From Octopus bimaculoides (lineage: Eukaryota): a stretch of 64,000 nucleotides of DNA. The stretch is taken from NCBI RefSeq assembly GCF_001194135.2, contig NC_068993.1, positions 17,469,794 to 17,533,793 on the forward strand, in the 5' to 3' direction. Under the pieces are notes generated by a model, which made no database searches, was not told the origin of the DNA, and saw nothing but the letters and a program-made list of their open reading frames with translations. Position 1 is the first letter of the stretch. Each line of letters opens with the position of its first letter. Shown one piece after another: positions 1 to 12,349 of the stretch. Both the position numbers and the translations under genes were made by a program.

Positions 1-1330
1 ATGTGGAGTTAATAGAAACTAAAAGAGGAGTTAATAAGCTCACAAAGTTTTGTTGTGTGAATTTTAAGAAAAAAGATCGTAAAATTATGGAAAATTTGTT
101 GGCTGGTTTGCTCAAGTTGTAAAAACAGCAACAACAGAAACTGAAAGAACACAACAGCAGCAGATACAATTGCAAGAGCAACAACAGAAGCAACAACAAC
201 AAATACTGCAATTACTGAAGTCATCAGGAAAGTCAGAAAGTGTGTTCTCACCAGACTATGTTGCACATTATGTGACAGAGTTCAATATGAGCCAAACAAA
301 GGAGTTACCTTCAAGGCATACTACAGAAAATATGAGCAAATCTTCGATAATAAATGTAAAGATTGGGATGCTGAGATGAAAACGCTTAATCTTGAGAAAA
401 CAGAACATGAATGATTCAGTAATTATATACTCTCAAGAAAACCTTTGGACATAAACTTTAATGACACAATAGATATATTGTGTAAAATTTTCAGTGAAAA
501 AAGCTCATTGTTCAACACATGTTGAAAGTGTCTGAACTTAGAGAAAAACAACAAGGACTACATCACATATGCTGGTAGAGTTAACAGAGAATGCGAAAAG
601 TTTAAGCTAGATGAATTAACACCAGATATGTTCAAATGCCTGATTCTTAACTAGGGACTTACTGCTGAAAAAGACACAGAAGATAGAACTAGAATTCTTG
701 CAAACCTGGAACAAAATCAGGATGTAACCCTACAGAAAGTGTCAGAAGAATGTGAAAGGGTAGTCAAATTAAGACATGCCACAGAGGAACTTGGATGTAA
801 AGATTGTTTCCAAGTAAAGCAAGTGTGAAATAGTCAGAATAAAGATAAAGTGCTTTCTAAAAAAACATGACAAAAATCAGGAAATAAACCCATGTTTTGC
901 ATGTGGAGGTATACACCCAAGGAAAAATTGTCCATTTATAAAAGTAAAGTGCTTTCGTTGTGGTACTATAGGACATATAAAGTGTATATGAGGGCATACA
1001 AGAATGGAAAGCAGAGTTGGGAAGTTGGCGTAATTACCAAAATGATCTATTGGGTAAAAAGTAGAAAAGGCATACAAAAGAGCCACAAGAACCAACTGAA
1101 AGAGATTCATGGAAAGTGAACCAAAGAAGTTGGAGGAACCGATGGAATGGTTGTACAATGCATTTCAAGTACCAACACCACTGCAGATGATTGAACCTAG
1201 ATGTACAAATAAGAGGTAAAGAAAACACATAGAGTTCCTGAAAATAGATGCTAAGTGCAAGACATTAAATTGTACAAAAAGAAAAAAACCCAAAAAACTC
1301 AAAAAAGGGAAGTGGAGTGAGTAAAAAAAT
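1..1330 (+). mobile_element. Ty3/gypsy (Mag-like) LTR retrotransposon remnant: decayed gag joined to the 3' end of pol
   Basis: Stop/frameshift-interrupted gag-like frame (KSSLFNTC.KCLNL, YAGRVNRECEKFKL, FKCLI). Tandem zinc knuckles PCFACGGIHPRKNC and CFRCGTIGH at ~890-985 have the Mag-type CX2CX3HX4C arrangement. Then a pol C-terminal-like segment (W..G.I.K....Y.V......H.NQLK) and a purine tract at ~1300-1315. No protease, RT or integrase core seen. Confidence 0.75.
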
Positions 1331-1489
1331 ATTGCTAAATAAAATGACACACTCTAACCTTTCATGATCTGACACAAGATCCCCTCCTCCAATGCTCCCT
1401 CTCCTCTCAAAGATTCCTTGTCTTGCAAAATTACTTGGTAACCCTGCCAGTGCAGGTGCCTTTTAAAAGCACCCTGTCCACACTGTAAA

Positions 1490-1790
1490 GTGGTTGGCAT
1501 TTGGAAGGGTATCCAGCTGTAAAAACCCATGCCAAACTGACTTCGCCTGTGTGAGTGCCACATAAAAAGTACTCAGTCCACTCTATGGCATGGTTGGTGT
1601 TAGGAAGTGCATCAAACCATAAAAACCATGCCAAAAACAGACACAGTAGCTTGGTGTAGTCTTCTGTCTGGCTAGTTCCTGTTAGACCGTCCAAACCATC
1701 CAAACATTAGACCGTCCAAACGTCTGTCTTCCATGTTGACATGGAAGACGGACATTAAATGATGATAATGATGATGACTAGCACTGAAAA
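1490..1790 (+). mobile_element. RTE 3'-end-related short repeat with (GAT)n tail (family B)
   Basis: ggcatttggaagggtatccagctgtaaaa...catggaagacggacattaaatgatgataatgatg; the reverse complement recurs at 29639, 41030 and 50238. Confidence 0.6.
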
Positions 1791-1814
1791 AACGGCTTTC
1801 AACCTTTTTGGTAC

Positions 1815-2212
1815 TTACTCTTTTACTTGTTTTCAGTCATTTGACTGCGGCCATGCTGGAGCACCGCCTTTTAGTCGAGCAAATCGACCCCAGGACTTAT
1901 TCTTTGGAAGCCTAGTACTTATTCTATCGGTCTCTTTTGCCGAACCGCTAGGTTACAGGGACGTAAACACACCAGCATCGGTTGTCAAGCGATGCTGGGG
2001 GGGACAAACACAGACACACAAACATATACACATACACACATACATATATATACATATATACGATGGGCTTCTTTCAGTTTCCATCTACCAAATCCACTCA
2101 CAAGGCTTTGGTTTGCCCAAGGCTATAGTAGAAGACACTTGCCCAAGGTGCCACACAGTGGGAATGAACCCGGAACCATGTGGCTGGTAAGTAAGCTACT
2201 TACCACACAGCC
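1815..2212 (-). mobile_element. tRNA-derived SINE family A, near full length
   Basis: Head with Pol III-like boxes (ggctgtgtggtaag...ggttccgggttc), central (TA/CA)n and (AAAAGAGT)n tail; highly similar to copies at 26607, 39683 and 43972. Confidence 0.85.
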
Positions 2213-3689
2213 AGTTTCAATTTTGCCTTCAAATAATTGATTATTTGAATACTTTTGTGAATAAAGGAGCTTTAAGAAATGATGATTTTGCTTATTATAG
2301 CCTGCCAGAGTTAATAATTTTCAGAAATTTTGACTAGTTATACAGAAAAAATTGGATTTTAAACAAAAAAAGAAAAAACAAATAACAATTTTAATTACTG
2401 TCAGTTTTAATAATTTTGGTGACAGATGTGCCAAAGTTGATAATTTTCCTGGTTATGTATCAAGATGCTTAATTGTGATGACTCCATTTCTGTTAAAATT
2501 TTTAAGAACAATAGAATAAATAGCCATAATTGCAATACATGATAAAATAGGATTTACAAGTGAAATCCATATTTTTCTTAAAGGCAGAGCAACTATATAA
2601 CACCTGATCACACAAATCAAATGTTTTTGCAAACAAGAATACATGTCATCAGCAAAGACAGCCAAGTTAGACATAATATCAACCACAAATTTATTAGTAA
2701 AAACTAAAAAAAAACCCATCAAACCAAAAACAGAATCAGGGAATACTAAATGAGATGGAATAAGTAGAAGAATGATGGCCACTTAAAACAACTTTAAAGT
2801 TTCTGACAATGCAGAAAGTTTCACAAAACCTTTATATTTCAGACACACAGGCCCATCCTCAGAAGATACTACAATGCTTCAAGCAAACTACAGTGCTCTT
2901 AAACTTTAAAGTTATTTGATGTTTCATGGCTGTGTGGTTAAGAAGCTCACTTTGCATCCGTGTGGTTTTGAGTTCAGTCCCACTGCACAGCACTTTGGCG
3001 AAAGTGTCTTCTACTATAGCTCCATGTCAATCAGTGTCTTGTGAATGGATTTAAACAGTATGGATAAAAACTGTATGGAAGTCTGTCATACTCACACACA
3101 CACACACACACACACACGTATGTAGTCCAGCCCATGCCAACATGGAAAACAGACATTAAAGGAGGATGATGACATATGTGTGTGTTTCTCTATGTTTATG
3201 TTTGTTTTTAGTCCAACTGGTGTTGGTTTGTTTACATTTCTGTAACTTAGCAGTTCAGCAAAAAAGTCAGATGGAATAAGTACCAAACTTAAAAAATATG
3301 TACCTAGATCAATTTGACTAAACCCATCAAAGTGGTACCCTGGCATGGCCACAGGCTTATGACTGTAACAAGTAGATGATAAAGATCCTTCACAAAAGTG
3401 TAATATGACTTAAGCTTGTGATTGAGAACAGCCTACCAAACCGAGTCAAATGCTTTTGATGTATATCAAGGGCTCATCACAACTATCTGAAGCAGGTGTG
3501 GCTGGTTAGTTAAGAAATTTACTTCTCAGTTACATAGCTTTGGTTTCAGTCCCACTGTAGAACACTTTAGGCAAGCGTCTTGTACTATATAGTCCCAGGT
3601 TAACCAATGTCATGTGAAGGAATTTGGGAGATGGAAATTGAAAGAACTTATAATGTGTGTGTGTGTATGTGTGAGAGAGAGAGAGAGAG

Positions 3690-3890
3690 AGAGAGACTTT
3701 TAATGCAGACATATTTTTTTTACTCTCTCCATGTTTTCTTTCCTTATTCCTTTCTGTAGAAGAGCATAGACTCAAAACATCAAAGACTCTTCCATTTTTT
3801 CCTGAGCATCAAACTAATATACCTTGTTTGTTGTTCCCTCACTTGTCTCTGTCTTTTGTTTTTATGTTTTCATGCAATTTAAACTATATA
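3690..3890 (+). ncRNA. Hammerhead-like repeat, copy A (degenerate)
   Basis: cttt CTGTAGA agagcatagactc AAAACATC aaag at 3750-3785; homologous to 5461 and 9676, but the GAAA and ACGT positions are mutated. Confidence 0.4.
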
Positions 3891-3895
3891 TATAT

Positions 3896-4360
3896 CGCCT
3901 ACACTTTTTTTTTGCAAAATAGGGGTAATTTATCCTGTTCAGGCTATATTATTAGCATTATCCTGCGTTTGAGAATTTAAAATCACTTCTCTAATTTTCT
4001 AAGACATCTCAACTTCATTTGTTTGTTTACATTTATCATAATTTGAATTTAACATATGATAGCGTCTCATAAAGCAAGATTTCTATACATCTTAAATTTG
4101 CAGAAGAATTTGTGGTGGGTAGTTTAGCTTAATCGGTTAGAGCACCGTGACGTGTAATTACGGAGGTGTGAATTCGTGCCTCATAGCTGGCCGCGTACAC
4201 TTTTTTCTGCAAAATAGGGGTAGTTTATCCTGTTCAGGCTATATTATTAACATTATCCTGCGTTTGAGAATTTAAAATCACTTTAACTTTCTAAGACATC
4301 TCAACGCTTCTAAAAGCAAACTTCGTTTGTTTGTTTATGTTTATCTTAATTTGAATTTGA
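3896..4360 (+). repeat. Direct repeat (296-bp period) enclosing a degenerate tRNA-like sequence
   Basis: tacactttttt..gcaaaataggggta.tttatcctgttcaggctatatt... at 3900 and 4196. tRNA-like 4117-4192 has an A-box (TAGCTTAATCGG), a D-arm and an anticodon-like hairpin, but a damaged T-arm. Confidence 0.6.
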
Positions 4361-4540
4361 TATATATATATATAATATATTTAATTATATGTATTTCTTC
4401 TATCTTAATGAATAAAAATTCTTCAGATAGAATTAATGGGTTAATAGAAACCAAGGTAGCAAAGAACACAAAATAACTGTGGTGTAGTTCCTGTTTTTGA
4501 GGTAGAAACTCCTTGAAATTTTGGGTATTTGAGTATATTT

Positions 4541-4686
4541 AAAAATTTAAGGAATGGAGAAAACGCATGTTATAATTGCATACATATGTATGTATATATG
4601 GTAGGCTGTTCTCAATCTCAATTGAAACATATGTAGGAATAAAGTATGCAATTATAACATGCGTTTTCTCCATTCCTTAAATTTTT
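4541..4686. mobile_element. MITE/foldback with perfect 43-bp inverted repeats
   Basis: 4541-4583 is the exact reverse complement of 4644-4686; spacer 60 bp. Confidence 0.75.
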
Positions 4687-5149
4687 TATATATAATATAT
4701 ATATATATACACACACACACACATGCAAACACATGCAAACACATGCATGCACATGTGTGTGTGTATGTGTGCATATGTGTCTGTGACTGTTTACAAAACT
4801 ATGCTGAGTCACCATTTCCAGGCCAGCTACAGTTAGTGACTCCTGGTTGGGCTGCAATTGGTGGTGTTTATTGACATTTTCGTTCAACAAATTATCTGCC
4901 AGCTTTCTGTTTTTGAATTCCTATTGAATAAAAAAAATAAATAAATAAATCCTCAATTAAACAGCAGGTAAGGATTGGCTATAGGAAATTTATCCAGCCA
5001 TAACATCCTACCTCAATTTTCTTCTGTCTAATCTAGGCTAGCTTTGAAAAGCAGACATTAAATGAGATGACCAAACAAATGAAAGATGATAGAACTGCTC
5101 AAGTATCAGAGTTAGGAGATCAGCAATGGAGCATGAAGTGTGAAAGCCA

Positions 5150-5400
5150 TATCATCATCATCATCATCATCAATCATCATCATTTAATATCCATTTTTCC
5201 ATTCTTGCATGGACAAACAGGATTTGTTGAGGCAGATGTTTCTATGGCCGGTTGCCTTTCTTGTTGCTCACTTTCACCCATTTCCAAGTAAGGTCATATT
5301 TCCCTGTGGCCAGACAATTTTTTTTTTTTTTACAGAAGACTGGAAATAACCAATCTCACTTGTATGATGATGATGTTTGCTTACAACCATCACATGATGT
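5150..5400 (-). mobile_element. Short interspersed repeat family C with (GAT)n tail (representative copy)
   Basis: catcatcatt..atccattttt ccat.cttgcatgg..gatttgttgaggcagat...aaggtcatatttcc; related copies near 6700, 20190, 37910, 52600, 53660, 54410, 57290 and 59660. Confidence 0.7.
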
Positions 5401-5439
5401 CTAGATTTTTTTCTCCCAATTTTTTTTCTCCGTGTTTTT

Positions 5440-5580
5440 CTCCTTGTCTCCGTATTATTTCTGTTGAAGAGCGTAGCTCGAAACGTCAAAGACTTTCCGT
5501 ATTCCCAAGCGTCATACTAATATATACTTTTGTTATTTACACCACCTGTCCTCGTCTGTTGTTATTATTTGTATATTCTC
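5440..5580 (+). ncRNA. Hammerhead-like repeat, copy B (CUGU-core variant)
   Basis: ttt(5458-60) CTGTTGA(5461-67) A GAGC gta GCTC GAAA CGT C(5487) AAAG: stem II GAGC/GCTC, palindromic ACGT, GUC triplet, short stem I. Confidence 0.55.
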
Positions 5581-6481
5581 ATACACATATATACATACAT
5601 ATATTTATATGTTTCAGCTTTTGTCTGCCACATCCACTCACAAGGCTTTTGTTGGCCTAGGGCTATAGTACATGAGACTATACACTAGTACTGAATCCTA
5701 GATCACAGGATTGGGAAGCAAGCTTCTTAACCACCCAGCCATNNNNNNNNNNNNNNNNNNNNNNNNNNNNNNNNNNNNNNNNNCCATTACCTGTATCACC
5801 TTCCATACTGTTAGAATATTACTAATTCAACATAAAATCATTAGCTTTCTTTTAGTTAATACTGAATAAAGAGAAATCTGTCATTCAAAATTTTGGCCTT
5901 TAATTAACACTGCTTCAAGTAATATCATTTGCAAAATTTAAGATGTTAGGCATGCCAGTTTGGAGGTCAAATTTACAGCTCTTGATCAGTGATGTGCCCT
6001 TACCCCTCCGTCCCCCCGCCACCTTCATCTACATTATGGGGCCATGCTCTTCTGGCATCCTTTGATGTATAGACTAAACACAAGCGGTTACTATTTTAAA
6101 GAAGTTTTTTTGAAGAAAATTTTGATGCTGCATTGTGCAGATTGAGGTGTTAGCATATGATTTCCCATGGCTAGAACAGTTTTTGCTGTTTCATTCCTGT
6201 TTAGCCCTCACCTTATAAATAAATAAATAAGTTACCATTGGTTTCAGTGATGAATATTCAGTTGTTTGATCATGTGAACTACTTGTTCATTAAGTATTTA
6301 GATTGATTATAGGTGCAAACATGGCTGTGTGGTTAAGAAGTTTCCTTCCCAACCACGTGGTTCTGGGTTCATTCCCATTGTATGTCACCTAGGGCAAGTG
6401 TCTTTTGCCATAGCCCAGTGCCAACCAAAACCTTGTGAGTGGATTTTGTAGATGGAATCTGAAAGAAGCCTGTCATATGTA

Positions 6482-6515
<34 letters not shown>

Positions 6516-7235
6516 TATGTGTTGCATGTTTGTACATGCATTTGTGTGTGCATGCATATGTGTGTCAATGCATGTGTTTATATTCTCCTTGTCTTGACAT
6601 TGCATGATAGTTGTTGATGAGTATCACTGTCATATAAGCAATGTCATTCGTTTNNNNNNNNNNGATGAGTATCACTGTCATATAAGCAATGTCATTCGTT
6701 TCCAGTGTGCTGCAGCAACATGATTCTGACTATGAGGAAATATTACCTTGCTTGGAAATAGCTGAGTATTGATGACAGGGAGGGCATCTGCTGCAGAAAA
6801 CCTGCCTCAACAAATTCCGCCTGACCCATACAAGCATGGAAAAGGGGACGTTAAAATGATGACGATGATGATGACAAAGAAGAAGAAGAAACAACCGAAT
6901 ACTCACTGATGGTAATTCATTGAATTAGCTTATAAGAAGCTGAGTTCTTCACAGACAAGTTTGCCATTAACATCCTCCTAAGACAGAATCGGTGTAACAC
7001 AATGTATGATAAAGCTGGACTTTTGAATTACAAGAACAGTGTTCATCTGATGGGCTTCTACACAGCTCCCATCTTTCTAGATTCACTCCCAAGGCATATG
7101 TAGAACCAAGGCTATGGTAAATAACACCTGTCCAAGGTATCATACAGAGGGATTGAACCCAGCATCTCATAATTGCAAAGCAAATTCTGTAACTATTCAA
7201 CGATGACGTGTCCATTTGGACCATTCATGTCATCG

Positions 7236-7480
7236 GTGTGAAGGTACATGGCCTAGTAGTTAGGGTGTTGTATTCATGATTGTGAGATTGTGATTTCATT
7301 TCTCAGACTGGCTGTGATTTGTTCTTGAGCAAAACACTGAATTTCACTTTGCTCCAGTCCACTCAGCTGTAAATTGGCAATTTTGCAATGGATTGGCATG
7401 CAAGATTGCGATGGTGACTCAGGAAAATTACTGAGTCTTGTGAGTCATGGTTTGAAAGGATGAACAGTACAACTTGTACT
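7236..7480 (+). mobile_element. tRNA-derived SINE, head type E
   Basis: gtgtgaaggtacatggcctagtagttaggg...gttcttgagcaaaacact..ttgctccagtccactcagctg; same head at 13467 (+) and 32335 (-). Confidence 0.65.
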
Positions 7481-9609
7481 ATGAATCATGACTGGTTGGG
7501 ATTGGTTGATCAAACTATGTCAAAGATTGATCAACTGATGTCTTTGGTGAAAGGCACTTCAATCTTGGCTGTCACATCTTTTATTTAGACACATTCAATC
7601 AAAGACTATCATACATCCTCCTCTTCATCATCATTGCCATCATCATCGTCATCACCACTGCCGTCATCATCATCCATCCATTTCCCATGTTGGCAAAAAA
7701 GACTGCAGTGTGTGAATCGAGGAAGATTTTGCTGCTATTTATAGCATGTTGAGCAATTACATTGAGGCTTCTTCCTTGCTTCGTTGTTGGCCAGTAACAT
7801 ACTGAGGTCGAGTTAAACTCACCTTCAGAATAACAAGTCTTTATTTAACGCAATATGGTCAAGTGGCAATAGCATGGCATTGCTATAATTTTTAGTACTT
7901 CTGTTCCTTCATACTTAGAAATTTAATGGAGAAATCTAATCAACCAAATGTAATGAAGAAAAAAAAAATCAATTAAAACTACCAACATATGTATGTTTAC
8001 CATAGTTAATCTTTTCAAACAGTCTGCAGACAGAGGAGGTGGACATTATAGAAGGCAGTATTTAATTAGCTCTAGTCGTATTTGTTTGCTTGTTTCCTTC
8101 TTCTTTTTCTTTCTTTTACGGTTTTCTTTTCTTTCCTTCTTTCTTTTTGCTTTCTTTTACTCTTTTCTTTCTTTATTTTTTTAAAATTCTTTATTTTTAT
8201 TTTTGTTTGTTAAATTTAACCAATGGATATAATAATATTCTTATTAAACGTCTATATTTGCTATAAAGTTGCAATCAAGTTTCTGTATATTTCTATTATT
8301 TAACAAATTTCTAACATTTCCCACCATTGTCCATTCCCNNNNNNNNNNNNNNNNNNNNNNNNNNNNNNNNNNNNNNNNNNNNNNNNNNNNNNNNNNNNNN
8401 NNNNNNNNNNNNNNNNNNNNNNNNNNNNNNNNNNNNNNNNNNNNNNNNNNNNNNNNNNNNNNNNNNNNNNNNNNNNNNNNNNNNNNNNNNNNNNNNNNNN
8501 NNNNNNNNNNNNNNNNNNNNNNNNNNNNNNNNNNNNNNNNNNNNNNNNNNNNNNNNNNNNNNNNNNNNNNNNNNNNNNNNNNNNNNNNNNNNNNNNNNNN
8601 NNNNNNNNNNNNNNNNNNNNNNNNNNNNNNNNNNNNNNNNNNNNNNNNNNNNNNNNNNNNNNNNNNNNNNNNNNNNNNNNNNNNNNNNNNNNNNNNNNNN
8701 NNNNNNNNNNNNNNNNNNNNNNNNNNNNNNNNNNNNNNNNNNNNNNNNNNNNNNNNNNNNNNNNNNNNNNNNNNNNNNNNNNNNNNNNNNNNNNNNNNNN
8801 NNNNNNNNNNNNNNNNNNNNNNNNNNNNNNNNNNNNNNNNNNNNNNNNNNNNNNNNNNNNNNNNNNNNNNNNNNNNNNNNNNNNNNNNNNNNNNNNNNNN
8901 NNNNNNNNNNNNNNNNNNNNNNNNNNNNNNNNNNNNNNNNNNNNNNNNNNNNNNNNNNNNNNNNNNNNNNNNNNNNNNNNNNNNNNNNNNNNNNNNNNNN
9001 NNNNNNNNNNNNNNNNNNNNNNNNNNNNNNNNNNNNNNNNNNNNNNNNNNNNNNNNNNNNNNNNNNNNNNNNNNNNNNNNNNNNNNNNNNNNNNNNNNNN
9101 NNNNNNNNNCTCCACCATACCCTTATTTTTCCCTTTCACCTTGATTCCCCTTCTGTAGTCACTCCAAATATACAGAGACAGCAAAGGGAATTGAGGAATC
9201 CTTTTATTTTGTAGGCTGCAAGTCAATCTTGCTAGCGCTAATGCCATGATAAGATGCATCCAGCACATTCTGCAAAGTGATTGGTGAATGAGTGGAGACA
9301 ATGCAGAATCAAGAGGACTCTTTTGTCCTGTCTGGCTGAAGACATGACAATTTCTCTGGTGTTGGTGCCAGTACACTTTGTAAAGTAGTTGGTGTTGGGA
9401 AAGGCCTCCAGATTAGAAACCATACTAGAATAAAAGCTTCCCCTACACAGCTAAAAGGGTAACACTGAAACTATGCTTGAGCTTCGTCTCCATGGCAGGT
9501 GTGGGGATTTCCATGCTTATTTGTCCTTTGTTCATTTCTGTTGATCATTTCCTTGTTCTGTCTGAGGAGAGTCATATTGCCATAATATATTTAGCACACT
9601 CACTGGCTA

Positions 9610-9793
9610 GATCGCTAGCCACTACACATTTTTTCCTCTCCTTGTTTCTATCCTTGTTTCTTTCTGTGTTCCTTTCTGTGGAAGAGCATAGGCTCGAAAC
9701 GTTAAAGACTTTTTCACTTCCCGAGCATTATACTAATACATCTGTTTGTTGTCTACACCACCTGTCTTCGTCTTTTGTTTTTGTGTGAATTCT

Positions 9794-9800
<7 letters not shown>
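9610..9800 (+). ncRNA. Hammerhead-like repeat, copy C (CUGU-core variant)
   Basis: CTTT(9672-75) CTGTGGA A GAGC atag GCTC GAAA CGT T AAAG(9704-07): 4-bp stem I, 4-bp stem II; same downstream body as copies A and B. Confidence 0.55.
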
Positions 9801-9854
<54 letters not shown>

Positions 9855-11249
9855 ACACTGGCATGCATATGTGCATGAAGGCAGACAAAAAAGACAAATG
9901 GCTAAGGGATCAAGATATTGGATCACCAACTAAGGCAGAGTGGAATAAACTAGATGGATGTCTGAAATTTACAATGGAACATGTACACAGAATCTGAGCT
10001 CAATATATTTGAAACTGATAGTTCGGTACCATATCCACACAGTTTTTATATGTGTAGACCGAAGTAGCTTTATTTTCATATTTCTTCCTTTCATACACTG
10101 TAGTGTTTGTAACAAGAATGCAAACTCCTGATATATGAAATAGCAAACCAACTTATTTGTTTTATCACCAGGCAGTCTGTGTTTGAGCAGACCTATGACC
10201 AAAGGTATTCTAGCCTTTGATCATTGGTCTGAATGCAATAGCTTTGACTCACAATTTTTCCAAATATATAGCATGTCTAGGAGGATGTTATTTAATTTAT
10301 TCCCTTTTCCTTAAGGTAGTAGAATATCATGTAATAAAAATTTGGGTGCTATTTCTGGAAGATTGAGTAACCATGTAGAAGCTTCACATTATAATCTGTA
10401 TAAAACTGTGGTATTATTTAAATTGGCCAATTAAAATGAAGTGTTTATGTAAGGGTCATAGTGCAACAATAGTGAAGAGAGATTAATGTCTGACTCTTCA
10501 GCCAAGATTTTTATATCTAAACTGCACAGATTTTTCTGGTTGGGAAGAATTGAACTTGGTGAGTCTAGACACATTGTTGTGCCTCTTAGGCAAGACCAAT
10601 CAGCCTGCCAACCTAATTGAGTATATAGATTAATGACATGGTTGAGTTGTTAGTGTTAGGAAAAAAAAAACAAAAACATCAAGCTGCCAATAATTCATAT
10701 GATATACATATATAATTTTATGTGTGAATCTCTATTCTATGCTTTTAACCAACTACCAACAGTTGAATGATATTTTTAGAATTTTAATGATTGCTTATCG
10801 TATTTAATTAAATTTAAAATGAATATTAGTCTGTACGAACGTTAATAAATGATTTCAATCAAGTTGATAGTAGTTAATTTGCTATTGCTTTGGTGATGGT
10901 TGCATGAAATATTGAAGATATAGTCAATAATCTGTTGTTTTACTCTGTAAAGTCACTTAGGTCTGAAAACTCATATTGTTGATGTATTAGTGGTAATTAC
11001 AACTTAGCAGCTTGTTAGTATTAGTCTCTGTAGAAGAAAAATGCTGAAGATAAATTGTTATGTGAGCCCTGTCCACTTGCTGTTGTTGATAATGTAACAT
11101 ATGAGCTCTGTGAGTAAGAAGTCTGCTTGGCAGTTATGTGGTTTTGAGTTCAATCTCACTGCATGGCACTTGTCTTCTATCATAGCTTGTAATTGACCAA
11201 TAACTTCTGAGTGAAAATTTAGTTGATGGAAACAGTGTGGAAACCCATC

Positions 11250-11332
<83 letters not shown>

Positions 11333-11439
11333 AGTGCATGCATGCTTTTGTGTATGTTTATATTAGTGTGGAGTGAAAATTGCTACATTCACACATTCTG
11401 CAGGTTTAAAATGAGACTGAATTATCTCCTTTATGCTAA

Positions 11440-11760
11440 TATGCATATTGTGCAGGATGACCATAACATCTGGACATAGTCATGACAGAATCTTCCATTT
11501 CATCCATTACAGTTGGTCAGCTGGAATGGAGTTTATCCATGATACTACCTGTTTCTTTGAATTTCTTAACTGCTTTCCTCACTGTGGGAAAAGGAACAAG
11601 GGTCCTTTTTAGATGGTATGCACTGAAAGTTTTTGCTATCTCCCAAAATGACTGTCCCTTACATCCACCAAGTTGTATCAATTCAATTCTTTCTTTGTTA
11701 GATAAAGTCATTTTCATATTCAATTCAAAGAAAGAAAAGTAAAGAAACAAGAAACTTAGT
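11440..11760 (-). mobile_element. Tc1-like transposase N-terminal (HTH) fragment
   Basis: ORF 11517-11750: MTLSNKERIELI...EIAKTF..YH..R......TVRKAVKKFKETGSIMDK resembles Tc1-type HTH leaders; stop at the expected RSGRP position. Confidence 0.65.
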
Positions 11761-12349
11761 GAGAGTTCACAAATATCCAGACTTTATGGTCACCCTATCT
11801 TGGAAGAATGATGAAATAAGCACTGGAAGGGGATATATTTAACTAAAACTCCTTGAAAGCAGTGTCCAAGTGTAAGAATAACATAATGCCTTGAGTGTAT
11901 TGTTGTTAATATTATGTATATTGTAACTAACATCATGTGTAACTACAAAATGATTATTAACCTTTTGTGTATTTTCTCATGTTTGAGAAAAATTGTGCAA
12001 CACTCCATAAAAAAGTGAGTAGAATCACGGGTCTGAAAACCCAATGATGTGTTAATGATATTTAGAAATTAGCCTGTTAGTATTAATTTTCTTTGAATTT
12101 TGTCATTTTTCTAGCACATTTATTGTCTATTGTACAATAGCAGATGGTTTTCCTGCTTATCAACGGATACATAAACTATCTGACTGAATGATCATGTGTG
12201 AGTCTTATTGTACTGATGCCGAATGATTCAATTTGATTTAGATTTCAGTCTTTATGCTAGCTCTAGGAATTATAATTTTGAAATTTTATTTTCAAGCATG
12301 AATCCATATTCTTATGCTAATGTATTGATATTGACAGCTATATAATCTA

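Noticed and set aside
1721-1754. 14-bp hairpin as a terminator or structured RNA
   Set aside because: A local inverted duplication of the family B repeat 3' end; no other support.
4117-4192. Functional tRNA gene (Thr-UGU-like loop)
   Set aside because: Acceptor stem mispaired, G at position 33, T-loop lacks GTTCRA; treated as SINE-like.
8022-8057. Exon-like SADRGGGHYRRQ after ttttcaaacAG
   Set aside because: Weak donor, no partner exons and no recognisable family.
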